A stretch of 64,000 bases of DNA from Dimorphilus gyrociliatus. Taxonomy: Eukaryota > Animalia > Annelida. Positions 51,133 to 63,643 of the stretch are shown one piece after another. The translations under genes were made by a program, and so were the position numbers. The notes below the pieces were generated by a model. That model was not told where the DNA came from and searched no databases. It saw only the letters and a program-made list of their open reading frames with translations. The stretch covers positions 228,942-292,941 of the forward strand of contig CAJFCJ010000009.1 in NCBI GenBank assembly GCA_904063045.1. Direction: 5' to 3'. Every line of letters begins with the position of its first letter. The first letter of the stretch is position 1.

Positions 51133-52901
51133 ATGGTTGAAGATTCGAACATGTATACGTGGGAGGAAGTAGAACAACGAGTGAAGAGCGGTGAGAAGTG
51201 GATCGTAGTAGAAAATAAAATTTACAATGTAAAAAATTGGCAAAGGAAACATCCTGGCGGAGCTAAAATAATCGCCCATTTCCATGGCCAAGACGCCACA
51301 GTAAGCTATTAATAATTTTCTATATATTCTATTGAATAACTACCATTAATAAACGTGTTCATATTTTAATCAGGAAGCTTGGCGTAGTATGCATAACGAT
51401 CTCAAGCTTATACAAAAGTATATGAATCCTCTGTTAGTTGGTCGAATCAAAAATGCAAAAACAGTAAGTTTTTTTTAACTAAAGAACACTATTAAGAAAA
51501 ATGCTGAATTAGGAAAATCTCTATTATCACACTCCTTGAAAAAAGAATTCATTCATCAAACTTTCTTATCACTTCCACTGAATAGATAATGAATAGGAGA
51601 ATATTCTATTCTTAATATTAAACAATCAAAGTAAACGAGTTTATACGTGTATTTTATTGAACTTATAGCCCTAGTATAAACTGCGGATATCAGATTTATA
51701 TACCGTCTAATATGTAATAAACTGTACTTTTAACAGGATATTTTTTAATCTATTTTTAGAATCAACTTACAGAAGATTTTGGGCAGTTAAGAGAAAAGTT
51801 TAAAAATATGGAGTTGTTTAAAGTTCAACCAATATTCTACTTATTACATTTTCTTCACATAATTGGTATAGAATGTGTAGCTTGGTATCTCCTTTGGCAA
51901 TTCGGAGATTGTTGGCCCGTATGGTTGGTTTCAGCAGGACTTTTAGCGACTGCACAAGCTCAAGCTGGATGGACTCAACACGATTATGGACATTTAAGTG
52001 TCTTTAATAATTTCAAATTAAATCATCTCTTTCATCAAATTACAATTGGTCATTTGAAAGGAGCTTCATCTCATTGGTGGAATTTTAGGCACTTTCAACA
52101 TCACGTTAAACCAAATATCCATAAAAAAGATCCGGATATAACTCTACCGCAAGTATTCCTTCTAGGTGATCATCTACCAAGAGAATGGGGTAGTCAGAAA
52201 AGAGGCAAAGCCCCATATAATCATCAACATAATTACTTCTGGATTCTCGGTCCATGGTTTCTTTTACCGGGCTACTTTCATCTAGAAAATATATATTTTG
52301 TTTTAATGAGAAGAGATTGGTACGACGTTCTATGGATGTCTACCTTCTTCCTTAAATTCTTTTATCTAGGGAACAGTATATTAGCAGGAGGTTGGGCAAC
52401 TTTTAAATTCTATATGTTTGTCAGGTGAGTAACTATAGTTGAATGATATTTATGTTTATCAAAACACCAACCAACTTTTTAAAAAAATAACAGATGGTTA
52501 GAATCTCACTGGTTTGTCTTTGTTACTCAAATGAATCATCTTCCTATGGAAATTGGTAAAGATCATAATAATGATTGGGTAACTTCCCAGTTGATTTCAA
52601 CATGTAATGTAGAACCTGGATTATTTAATAATTGGTTCAGTGGTCATTTAAACTTCCAAATTGAGCACCACCTCTTCCCAACAATGCCACGACATAATTA
52701 TCCAAAGGTAAGGAGAAATCAGGGTTGCTACCCCTAATAATCAAATTATTGTCTTAGGTGGCACCGTATGTTAAAGATCTTTGTAAGAAGCACAACGTGA
52801 CATACGTCGAGAAAAAATTGGGAACAGCATTTGCCGACATAATTCGTAGTTTAAGAAAATCTGGCAAATTATGGTTTAATGCTTATTATCACATTGATTG
52901 A
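51133..52901 (+). CDS. FADS2: Front-end (delta-5/delta-6 type) fatty acyl desaturase
   Basis: Cytochrome b5 domain with HPGG; His boxes HDYGH, HFQHH, QIEHH; C-terminal LRKSGKLW. Co-orthologous to vertebrate FADS1/2; regiospecificity cannot be assigned. Confidence 0.92.
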
Positions 52902-53156
52902 TGCACAAATTTTAACGATACTCCTTTATGCAATTCTTGATACCTTTATTATCTTTCCACTTTGAAATGGTTTGTTATTAATAAATATTTTAAATCTCTT
53001 ATCGGCCTATCTTATATTGAAATAATGAGTATTAGTGTTAGTTCATTATTTTTATTGTAGATAAAACGATAAGATTAATGAGCAACAAACATAGAATTTG
53101 TTTAGAAAAATGTTTACTGTAATTAAATGTGTCAAAATATTGAAAATGAGTGAATT

Positions 53157-55351
53157 TCAACAGAAGCTTAAACAATCTTGAATTATAGTGTCCAACTTTG
53201 AAACAGCTGTATCGATATCATCAGTTGATAGCAAATTTGACACAGCAATTCTGATACTGAAAATATGAATTTTTTAATGAGAAATATTACTAAAAATGCC
53301 ATAAAAGACTTACCTTGGCGGGGGTAGCGTCTTTTCTTGTTCGTCTAAATATGCTGATTTGGTTACAGCAACGCCTTGTTCTCTACACCTTTTAGCAATT
53401 TCTCCCAGTGCTATGTCTTTCTCCTGTCTAGTCAATTCACAGCTTATTTGCAGATGCTGCACAGCCGAGAATGGTTCGCCTACTAATTTTATCTTTTTAA
53501 TCCTAAATTTAAAAGAAAATGATTAATAAGATGAATTGAATTGTGAAAGATTTGCTTACTTCTTGAGAGTACTATGCATATACTTGCAATTCTTTTGCAA
53601 ATTGGAGATAAGTTCTAATATAAGAGAAACGATTCCAGGTCAATTACAGAAAACAAAAACAGTAAATTTGAATATCTTACGGTTATCTGTCTCAATAATG
53701 TTTAAAGCTTTAATAGCAGCTTGAGCCATAAAAGGTGGTTGGGAAGCCGAGAAACAATAACCTTGACCCGATAGCCTCTAAAAATGGGACATTTTTAAGA
53801 TAGTTTGACTAATATAACCTATGCACGTATACCTGATGATCAACAACGTAGCTCCGTCCACAAGCAAATCCTCCAATAGAACCAAGCGAGTTTTCTAATG
53901 AAGCGCAAAGTAGATCGACTTCACTTATCTAGTTCAATAGCAAAAAGATAAATCAGTCATCATACTTTTTGTGAAATATTTAAATTTATTGCATAATACT
54001 AACAGGTACTCCATAATGTTCAGTAACACCACGGCCAGTCTTACCCAAAGTTCCAAATGAGACGCTTTCATCCATAAAAATTCGAAATTTATATTTATGC
54101 TTTAATTCGACCATTTTGGGAAGAGGACAAATATCACCAAAATTCAAATATACTCCTTCGCATACCAGAAATCGTCTCGTAACTTTAGCCTTTTTTGGTT
54201 CCTATTTATTAGAAAAAAATATATATTTAAAAGTAAATTCCCAATTATTTACTCATGAAAACAAACTTTTATATCAACTGCTGCTTGCAATTCCAAAAGG
54301 GTTTTTAGATGTTCTAAGTCGTTATGTTTGAACCAATAGACTTTACTTCTACTGGCTTGAATACCTTTTTGGAGAGAAAAGCTAACGCCATCGTCACTTT
54401 AGAAAGAAATTAAAAGATGTTAGACATATTTCAAATATTAGTATTCGAAACCAACGCAAAGATAACATCTCCTCTTTTGGAATATGCTGGAATAGCACTG
54501 GCAATAGTTGAAAAGCCATAAGAATATAAAATAGCTTCTTCGACTCCCATAAATCTTTGCAGTTCTTCTTCAAGATTTAAGTGAACATCTAAAAGAAAAA
54601 TTACAATAAACTCTTGCATATTTACATCATTCTTAATTACTAACCAACTGTTCCATAAAACCCTCTAGGTCCACAAGAGCCGACACCATATTTCGATATT
54701 GTATTAATTGCCTCTTGCTATGGTAAAAATAAGGTCAGATTCAGAATGCTTTTTGAAATTTTTTCAATAATACCTCTATATCTTTTCTGCCTACAATTCC
54801 GAGGAAATTAAAGGAGGCAAGGTTTATGCATTCTATTCCATTTACGGTAACTAATTTTCCTATTTTGCTGTTTGATAGAGATTAATCAACATAAGACAAT
54901 GAGTTCTTATACAATTTCGAACAAACCTCTGAACAACACAATTTTCAAAACCGTTTATTATCGGATCGTCTTCTGGATAACTAGGTACAAGAGGCTCAGG
55001 TTCCCACTCTTTTATTAGATCTTCTTTTTCCTGATAAAAAATGACTCATCCCTTTACAATCCAGTCTAACAACAATGTACCACTTACTGTTTCTGTTAAG
55101 TGCCTCTTAGGCTTATAACTTTTAGTAAAGAATAAAAGTTTTAGGATCCAAAATATTAGTAGAGCTTCGAAGTATATATGGTAGCTGGGAGCCTGACCGA
55201 TAATTAACAGTACTCATTGAAAGTAAAATTTTCTTTATAAAAGAAAAGGAAAAATAATATTCTCTAATACCTGCAAAGTAGCTTGTATGGTAGCATACAG
55301 ATCGAAGGATAGAAGATTAAAGTAGCTGTCCTCTGTTTCTAAGGTAGACAT
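53157..55351 (-). CDS. SPTLC1: Serine palmitoyltransferase subunit 1 (LCB1)
   Basis: [56 protein letters not shown] (lacks the PLP Lys, as normal for SPTLC1), [10 protein letters not shown]. Confidence 0.96.
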
Positions 55352-55973
55352 CAGTCAAGATAGTAATAATGGGCTGAGTTACTTCGAGACTGAATGTTTT
55401 TCAAAACTAAACCGGTCCTAAGTTGATTCTGTTACTTAGCGATGACCGTTTTTAGAATTTTAGTAAGTCCCCAAAAAAATCTGCCATAGTTTTTGAAAGA
55501 TGTGGATTAGTCCAAAATGACTTGGTCATATAGAGATTTATCATACAGTACATAGAAATAGAAAGTACGAATTTTATATATACATATACTCTATTCTCTT
55601 TTTAATAAAAATATCCGTAATCCTCTGCCTATGAATATTCTGCCCATTTTTACACTAAACTTTCGTTTCGTTTAATATGCTTCCTTTTTGTTATAACTGT
55701 ATAATTTATTTGATATCAATAGTTTGACGATAGACTTTTATTAAAAATTAACATTTATTAATTTTCATCATTAAGATAAAGCAAAAGCAAGTACAAAAGT
55801 TTTCTTAAATATACACAATTCAATAATACTTTTTACGATACTTTTACGATTTAAATGTATCAAATAAAATGTAATATTTGAACATTTTTTCAGTGAACTC
55901 GTTTAATTAGATAGCTTATGAGGCAGGATAGTCAGTTATTAAACTTCAATTATAAAGAATCAACCAAAACTCC

Positions 55974-57049
55974 ATGGTTGGTTACGATCCGAAAGATTCC
56001 AAGCCAATTCGTCAGTCTCAGAAGGCGGCTGCTGGTGCTATTAGTGGAGTCGTTTGTAGGGCAGTACTACAACCACTAGATGTTCTTAAAATACGTATGC
56101 AGGTAAAGAGATAGAGCTAAGCTCAATGAATAAGCCGTAAACAAATATTTGTCAACAGGTTCAAGTTGAGGAAATAAGCAAGTCAGCTCAGACATCGAAA
56201 TATCGTGGATTGTTTCATACGTCGAGGACTATATTTAAAGAAGAAGGGATATTTGCACTTTGGAATGGTCATAATCCTGCTCAAATTCTATCAGTAATAT
56301 ACGGAATTGGTCAGTTTGGATCTTTTGAACTATATACTAAATCCTTGGCAACTATTATACCAAAGTCATCTGAAGAATGGCGATCTTCTACCCATTTCTT
56401 TTGCGGAGCACTATCAGGATGTACAGCAACTATATGCTCATATCCGTTTGATTTACTAAGAACTAGATTCATTGCTCAAAAAAGTAAATCTGTAAGAAGT
56501 TTATTATTCTTTTTAAAATTACAATAATCAAATATTCCTTTTTTCTACAAATAGGCTTATACTAATATGTTAACAGCTACGAAAACAATCCTAGAAGTGG
56601 AAGGCTGGAGATCTTTATATAAAGGTTTATCACCAACTCTATTACAAATTGCACCATATTCTGGATTGCAATTTTTCTCCTATACAAAATTTTCTCAAAT
56701 TGCTAAAAAGGCTCTATCTCCTAACGCAAAACAACTTGATTCGAAATTTCTTCCATTGGTTGGCTTATTATCTGGACTTACAGCGAAAACACTAACATAT
56801 CCATCAGATGTTGTAAAGAAGCGTCTTCAAGTTGTTGGTTTTGGTAAAGCAAGGATTGGTTTAGGAATTACCAAAAATCACGTCAATATGAGAAAATGTA
56901 TAATTGATATAGCAAAGTCAGAAGGCTATAGAGGATTCTATAAAGGCTTCACACCAAGTGTAATAAAAGCAATGTTAACATCATCCTTAATGTTTTTTGT
57001 TTATGAGCAGACTTGTAAATATATGTCAACGTTCAATAATAGAGAATAA
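55974..57049 (+). CDS. SLC25A19: Mitochondrial thiamine pyrophosphate carrier
   Basis: MVGYDPK start, three PX[DE]XX[KR] carrier motifs (PLDVLKIR, PFDLLRTR, PSDVVKKR), WNGHNPAQILS. Confidence 0.93.
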
Positions 57050-57282
57050 TTATTTAATAAATTAAACAACATGTGTTTATAAAGTATAAAGTCGTATCAC
57101 AATCTAATAGGCCTGTTTTTTTAAAAAAATTATGGGTAGTCCTTATAGAATTGTATATAAAAAGTATTTTTAAGACTGGTTTCATGGTCTACGCCATTAA
57201 AAATATCAACAGCTTGATATAGAAGGTTAAATTCCCCTACAACCTTTCAAATATACCTTCTACTATTCTCCACCAGCTTAAC

Positions 57283-58058
57283 ATGATTAGATCAATATTC
57301 AAACGTCAGGTGATAGAATTGATATATAACTATTTCCTATATTCGTTCTATAATAAGATAAACGATAAGTTTTTGTATCTTTTTTATAGATATTTAATAG
57401 ACTAAGTGTAGTTTCGCCTAGGCTCTTTTCTCGATATCCGATTCCCCAGCGTTCGACGTTAGATGATGACATTCAACAGCAAATGAACGAAGTAGAACAA
57501 AAAGTGATCCATCAGATTGTTAATGTCCACAATAAAACCGCTAATTGATAAATTTTATAGACAGGATTTTTGCCGAATGTTTTTAAAGCGTTTTCTCATC
57601 GTCCTAAGGAGTATAGAGCGTTCTTTGCCTATTACGATGCTGTTATGAACGATCCAAATTCAAAACTTACTAATGATGAAAAAGAGTTAATTATTGTTGC
57701 TACCAGCTCATTAAATCATTGCTTATATTGTATAGTTGCCCATGGAGCTGTACACAGAATATATTCCAAACGACCTTTTGTAGCTGATCAAGTGGCTATA
57801 AATTACAAAAGTGCAGATATAACTGAAAGGGAAAAGATAATACTAGACTTTGCTATGGCTGTTGCGTCCGGTAAGCCTCTTGAACACAATCAATTTGAGG
57901 AATTGGAGAAGATAGGATTCGATAAAGAAGATGCATGGGATATTGGTTCAATAGCATCATTTTTTGCATTGTCAAATAGAATGGCTCATTTATTAGATAT
58001 GAAACCGAATGATGAATTTTTTACAATGGGAAGAATTCCAAAAAATAAATCTACTTGA
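57283..58058 (+). CDS. AhpD/carboxymuconolactone-decarboxylase-family peroxidase-related protein with a mitochondrial-type presequence
   Basis: Exons 57283-57309, 57390-57503, 57561-58058. SRYPIP..TGFLPNVF..HRPKEYRAFFAYYDA, ELIIVATS..HCLYCIVAHG, FFALSNRMA, PNDEFFTMGR. Confidence 0.9.
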
Positions 58059-58416
58059 AAAAATAAAAAAGCAAACATTCCTATTATAAACAATACTGTA
58101 TTACTTAATGTTCAGTAGTATTGCTAAGTCATTGGTAAACTGAAGTCTTAAGGGTTTTTATTCAAATTACAAACAGATGATGATAATATTCATTATATGA
58201 TCTTATGCTTTTTCACATTCAATTGCACAGGTTTCTGTTTTAGGGCTGATAAAAAGTAACAATATTATAAATAATTGCAAAAAAATATATAATAATAATA
58301 AAACTACGTTTATTTTATAGACATAGGAACACGAATGCTGGTGATACTGTACAAATAGAAAATCGAATTATCTAATTTTGAAAATAAGTATATACGACAT
58401 TATTAATAGCTAATAT

Positions 58417-60829
58417 CTATTGATTTGAAGATCGTATTCCTAGAGCTTGTTCCAATTCAGCTCTTTTTTGTTGTATCTATTAAAATGAAAATTAGTTAAA
58501 TATTCAATTATTTAAACAGTAATATAATGTTACCTTATTATAAAAATAGCGACAAACGGCTTCTTGTGACCATGGTTGATAATAAAATTCAGCTCTTCTC
58601 TCTTCTTCCGGATTTCCAACCGTATCGGTTATTACTTTCAAATCTTTCGTTTGACTTATTAGCCAATTATTTATGGATTCTTGCGGATCTTTACTAAATC
58701 CAAGAAGGAACTCCCGACTGGTCTATAAGAATAAAAGGAAATCGATATTAAATCAAATATACTCATGCATATTGTCTTTATTATATTTCTTTTATCTTTA
58801 CCTTTAATTGATTAATAGTTTCAACAGTTTCATGTATTTTATTATCCAATTGAGCTAAATCATTTTGGCTCGTCGTTGATAAAAGAAAGTTGTTCATTTG
58901 AGATTTAATTGAGTCATCCTGCGGGAAAGGAACAATAGGAATAAATTACTAAATCAAAATTTAAAATATATAAACGGATGATATATTCTACCAACCACTT
59001 CAACTTCTATGTCATAACATGAAGTTTTCTTAGTTTCTTGTCCTTCAACAGTTATCAAATGGGATATAACAATCGGATCAGGTGGGGAAAGCAACGAATG
59101 GAGCCTTTGGGGTACTTCGGCAAATTTCATCCTACTAACTTCAAAGCAATGTTTCAATGAATCATCTAAATTGATATATTCCCTTTCGTGCTCGTCTTGA
59201 AGTCTATGAGTTTTTATATATTGCCACAGATGTTCTATAATGACTGGGCGGCTATTTGTGTGAACACCCAAAACCCTTGCCAGACGAGAGTCAAGTTTAA
59301 ATTGAGGAGGTTGATAATCAAGCATCAACAAAACCATACACTTTACATTCTGATCACCTGGTCTCTTAACTTGGAATCCATCGGTTTCCTGAGTAGTTGG
59401 CGTACGATGCCACTCAACAAGATGATTATCGGGTCCATACAATTCTTTATCTAGTTCTATTACAAGAGATTTGAAAAATGAAGAAAACTTTCTCTTCGGT
59501 GCCTTAGCTGCCTCCGCACTCGGCTCATCAATAAGTTTTCCTTCAACTCGTAATTCCCAGGATGCTGGCGCATCTTGTCCGTTATTAAGCTCAGCAGGCT
59601 TGGCGGGCGTGAATGTGTTTGATATATAAATTCTTAGTTTCCTTTTTACTTTGTGAGGCCGTTTCAAAGCTTCTTGAATATCTAAACGTTTACGCATAAT
59701 CGTCGCGTCTAACTTTCTTTCAAAAGCCAATAGCTCCATATAAGCGTTCGATTCAGGAACAAGTTCTCTAATTTTCTCTGGAATAACTTTATCAGCAATT
59801 TTCCTCTTTTTCTTTCTATTAAACAAAATATTCAAAGAAATATAGTTCAATTATCTTTTGAAACAAATTATAAAACAAACTGTTTAATCCTAGAATCTTG
59901 AGACGGAGCTGAGGTTCCTCTCCGTAAGCTGTGTTGCTGTTGCTGTTGCATTGCGCTCGGGGTTGCGGTTGGTGGACGACTGAGAGCTGTACAAAAAAAA
60001 ACAAGGTTATTTTCGCACAATATACGTCAATAATCGATGTAACTAATCAAAATAGGCCTATTGTTCTCAGCGGATACAGTTCCTCAATCCAGAGGCTAAT
60101 ACCTTGTAATCCTTCTGATTCACGCAACCAGCTTCCTGACAAATAAAATTGACGCCCTAATCCATGATTAATCGCACTATGCTGATTTCACTTTGCTCTT
60201 TTTTATACATTATATACGGTATGTTTTAAAAATCTTAAATAACTTTTTAAACTTATAGAAAAATAAAAATTACGAATCGAAAAAGATAACAGACTTTTAT
60301 CTTTACCTGCACCATAGTTCATAGACATTGATCTGCCAGGCATAACTTGTCCAGGTCCAGACATAAAATTACCAGACATAGGCCTCTGTTGCATTCCATA
60401 ATTTCCAGTCTGTAATTAGAATTTAAATACAATTCATTATTATATGTTCCTTATAAATTGTAAAAAAAAAGTTAAAATAGCAATTATAAGCGAGAATAGT
60501 AATAGAATGAATTTTTCATTTCGTAGCGGTATTTCGAAAATAATAGGATAATTATTAGAAACAAAAAAAAATTAATAGAAAGATTAATGATAAATTTGTC
60601 GCATAATTGATCAAATTAAAGATAGAAGTTAGCATTAAATGACTTTTTTGGTAGCTTAATGGATAACGAATACCAATATATTAGATTTCTATTGGATTAG
60701 AATTTTTGGTTATTATATATAGCTTTCGAAATATTAGATTCTATTGGAAAAAAAAAACAAATATCTTACTTGATATCCAGGCTGAGGGTATGGTCGTAAT
60801 TGATTTTGAGGGAAATTATTCGCCGCCAT
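58417..60829 (-). CDS. SMARCD1: SWI/SNF (BAF) complex 60-kDa subunit
   Basis: [34 protein letters not shown] domain, [29 protein letters not shown]; co-ortholog of SMARCD1/2/3. Confidence 0.96.
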
Positions 60830-62410
60830 TGAATTCTTTAAAACTGTGAAAAAAAAACTATCATTTTCTATCAAGAATCAATTTCTTTGAATATTCTTTG
60901 TGAAGTTAGTAAAAATGTAACAATTAGTTTCAACTTGAATTTAATAAGTAAACTGGAGTGAATGTAGTAAGCTCAAGGGAAAATATTAATAGGAGTGATT
61001 ATCGTTTCTTCATTTTATGCTATGTATAAATTTTTCTAAATAAGGAAGCCGTCTCTAAATTATAAAATACCAAGATTAAATTGCATTAGTAAAAATTTTT
61101 AGATACAAGAAAATATTTGATAGACATGTTACGTACGCTTTTTAGTACTCATGAATAAATTCCAAAGAAAGTCTGTTTTACAGCTATAATTCCAAATAAA
61201 AGCTCAAGATGTTTATTATCTGATCGTCGTGAGCCACTACACAACTTTTAAAAAAGCTAAAGTTGTCAAGGACAACTACATCAACTACGACTGGCTGGAT
61301 TTTAGTTCTTTATCGTTCACTCAATATATATTTAGCAGATTAATCTTAAAAATCAATGCATTTTTTAAAAAAAAAGCACAATTATAGATTAAAATTTAAA
61401 AATAATAATATACATTTTCAGGAATGATCTTGTATGCGTATTAACTCTATAAATATCTTACTTTGTTTCATCTACACCGAAATATTGGCGATGGCGGCCA
61501 AGAAAAAACACCAGTTTATTGTCTAGACTGGTTGTGTAAGCGGAAAAATATCATATCAGCTTTGATCAGGAAAGCTTTTTCTGTCCAAAGAATATATCAT
61601 TCTACAATTTATAAAAAGTTTTGAACAGATTTGAATAATAAACATTTAATTTATCATTATGGAAAAAAATTAGTCCTTTTTAAACAACCGCTGTATACCT
61701 CTAGTAATCCAATTCGCTTTCTTATCATACATGTGATAACTTATATCTATATTATAAAACATATATCTATTAAATGTACATGTGTTAAATATATTAAATT
61801 AATCACAGTCTATTCTTATTTTAAAATTCCCATTTAGACCTATATTTCTTAACATATAAATTAGAAATATCTTGAAAGATAATGAACTAATATTCTTGAA
61901 TAATTATTTGTGATATAATATATTTAAAAAATATAACCTCTAAATAATTGTAACAGAAAGATCAAAGCAGCTTTTAAAAGCCGGTCAGGGCAATTTACAT
62001 TTTACGTAAACTAACCATCATTATACCAAACTTATTGTACTATAAAAAATGCTTCCGCAAATCTACTCACAAAATAGGCCAAATATAGTAAATCTCTCAC
62101 TCAAAAATAGCTTTTTTTAGATGCGATCTCTTGAAAAACCAACTAAAATTTTTAATTTGTTGGACGCTTTCGTAAGTTCTTCAAATATCGTTCGCTGTCG
62201 AATCGATTCCAGTATGGACACTGTAAGATTATGCGTTAGTTGCAATTTATTTGAAATGAACTTTTCTCTCTTCGAAGTTTTTTATTTTCACACAAAGAAA
62301 TCATACTTTTGGAATAAGTAAAGGATAAAAAGATTTTTACATATACTATTATATTGTTTGTGGCTGTAAAATTATGATTTTATAATAAGAAAGTAGTTAA
62401 AAGATGTAAT

Positions 62411-62490
62411 CGCCATTTTGAAAGTATTACTTTCGTATTTTTTCTGCTCTCATAGCATTTGAGCTTCCGGGCACCACTGGGCTCTTCCGA
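62411..62490 (+). promoter_or_regulatory. Putative housekeeping/TCT-type promoter of the snoRNA host gene
   Basis: YY1-like CGCCATTTT (62411), ETS-like CTTCCGG (62464), pyrimidine initiator-like CTCTTCC (62482). Confidence 0.4.
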
Positions 62491-62737
62491 TATTCGTTCT
62501 CATGTCAGAACTTTTATCTGCTTATATCTCTGTCAAAATTAAAGAAGGAAAAGCAATTTCAACATTGTTAAAATGAAGAAACAGAAAAGTTTGTGGTTTC
62601 TGAATTTAGACTACTTTCGAAGATAGTTAGAACCACGTGGCTGAAACTCGCGAAAAAAATTTCTTGTTATAGAAATATTCAACGACTGGGAAAAGTAAGA
62701 AAAGCAAAATTTCTTTTTTAAAGTATTGTAATATTTT

Positions 62738-62795
62738 ATGATGAATTTACCTTCACTCGCCGTGATGATTTTAATGAAATCAATGTAGGTACTGA
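62738..62795 (+). ncRNA. Box C/D snoRNA, copy 1
   Basis: C box ATGATGA at 62738; guide CTTCACTCGCCGT; D'-like ATGA; C'-like ATGAAA; D box CTGA at 62792, 72 nt before the 3' splice site. Confidence 0.85.
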
Positions 62796-62952
62796 ACTTC
62801 TTCAGTTTCTAAGATTGTTAGTTCAAAATAAAATGACAAGAGTTATCAAATGTACATTTCTTTACAGATTAAAGATGATGGGTTGAAGAGGCAATGGAAA
62901 CTCAGTTTGGTTAGGTAGGTGTTCGCTTGCATTTAAATTTGTTAAAAATACC

Positions 62953-63010
62953 ATGATGAATTTACCTTCACTCGCCGTGATGATTTTAATGAAATCACTG
63001 TTGGTACTGA
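62953..63010 (+). ncRNA. Box C/D snoRNA, copy 2
   Basis: Same boxes and guide; D box 67 nt upstream of the acceptor at 63077. Confidence 0.85.
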
Positions 63011-63167
63011 TTAATCTCCAACTTAGTTTAATATGAATTGAAATAGTCATCCCTCTAAAATTTCTTAATTTTTACAGAACAAAGACGACTTCTTCAAAAA
63101 AAAGAATTATATCTTCTGAAACTCTCAAAGTAAGTGCTTGTTGCCTTAATCTTTCGTTTTCATTTTT

Positions 63168-63225
63168 ATGATGAATTTACCTTCACTCGCCGTGATGATT
63201 TTAATGAAATCAATGTAGGTACTGA
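63168..63225 (+). ncRNA. Box C/D snoRNA, copy 3
   Basis: Identical to copy 1; D box 72 nt upstream of the acceptor at 63297. Confidence 0.85.
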
Positions 63226-63371
63226 ACTTCTTCAGTTTCTAAGATTTCTAGTTAAAGATAAAATTGCAAGAGTTATCAAATGTACATTTCTTTACAGATT
63301 AAAGATGTTGGCTTGAACACTCAGCTTCGTTAGGTAGGTGTTCGCTTGCATTTAAATTTGTAAAAATTACT

Positions 63372-63429
63372 ATGATGAATTTACCTTCACTCGCCGTGAT
63401 GATTTTAATGAAATCACTGTTGGTACTGA
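63372..63429 (+). ncRNA. Box C/D snoRNA, copy 4
   Basis: Identical to copy 2; D box 69 nt upstream of the acceptor at 63498. Confidence 0.85.
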
Positions 63430-63585
63430 TAAATCTCCAACCTAATTTAATAAGCAATGAAGTAGACTTCCTTCTTAAATTCTTAAAATTTTTTACAGAA
63501 TAAGGACGACTATTTAAAAAAAAAAATTTCATCTACTCTTATCCTCGATGTAAGTGCTTGTGTCTTTCTTTTTATTTTTATTTTT

Positions 63586-63643
63586 ATGATGAATTTACCT
63601 TCACTCGCCGTGATGATTCTCATGAAATCACTGTTGGTACTGA
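63586..63643 (+). ncRNA. Box C/D snoRNA, copy 5
   Basis: Like copy 2 with 2 substitutions in the D'-C' spacer; D box 64 nt upstream of the acceptor at 63707. Confidence 0.85.

Noticed and set aside
53860-53910. SPTLC1 lacks the PLP-binding lysine
   Set aside because: Normal for the LCB1/SPTLC1 subunit; not a novelty.
61180-62290. Coding-like fragments upstream of SMARCD1 (for example ..TPVYCLDW.., ..SILESIRQRTIFEEL..)
   Set aside because: Frames are short, on both strands, interrupted by stops, and cannot be joined into a gene model.
62862-63532. ORF-track entries 62862-63050, 63134-63316 and 63299-63532
   Set aside because: Shadow frames across the snoRNA repeats; not maintained between repeat copies.
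62738-63643. Regularly spaced direct repeats resembling a CRISPR array
   Set aside because: Eukaryotic context, no cas genes, 58-nt repeats with about 150-nt spacers that are themselves duplicated and contain splice sites; C/D boxes explain the pattern.
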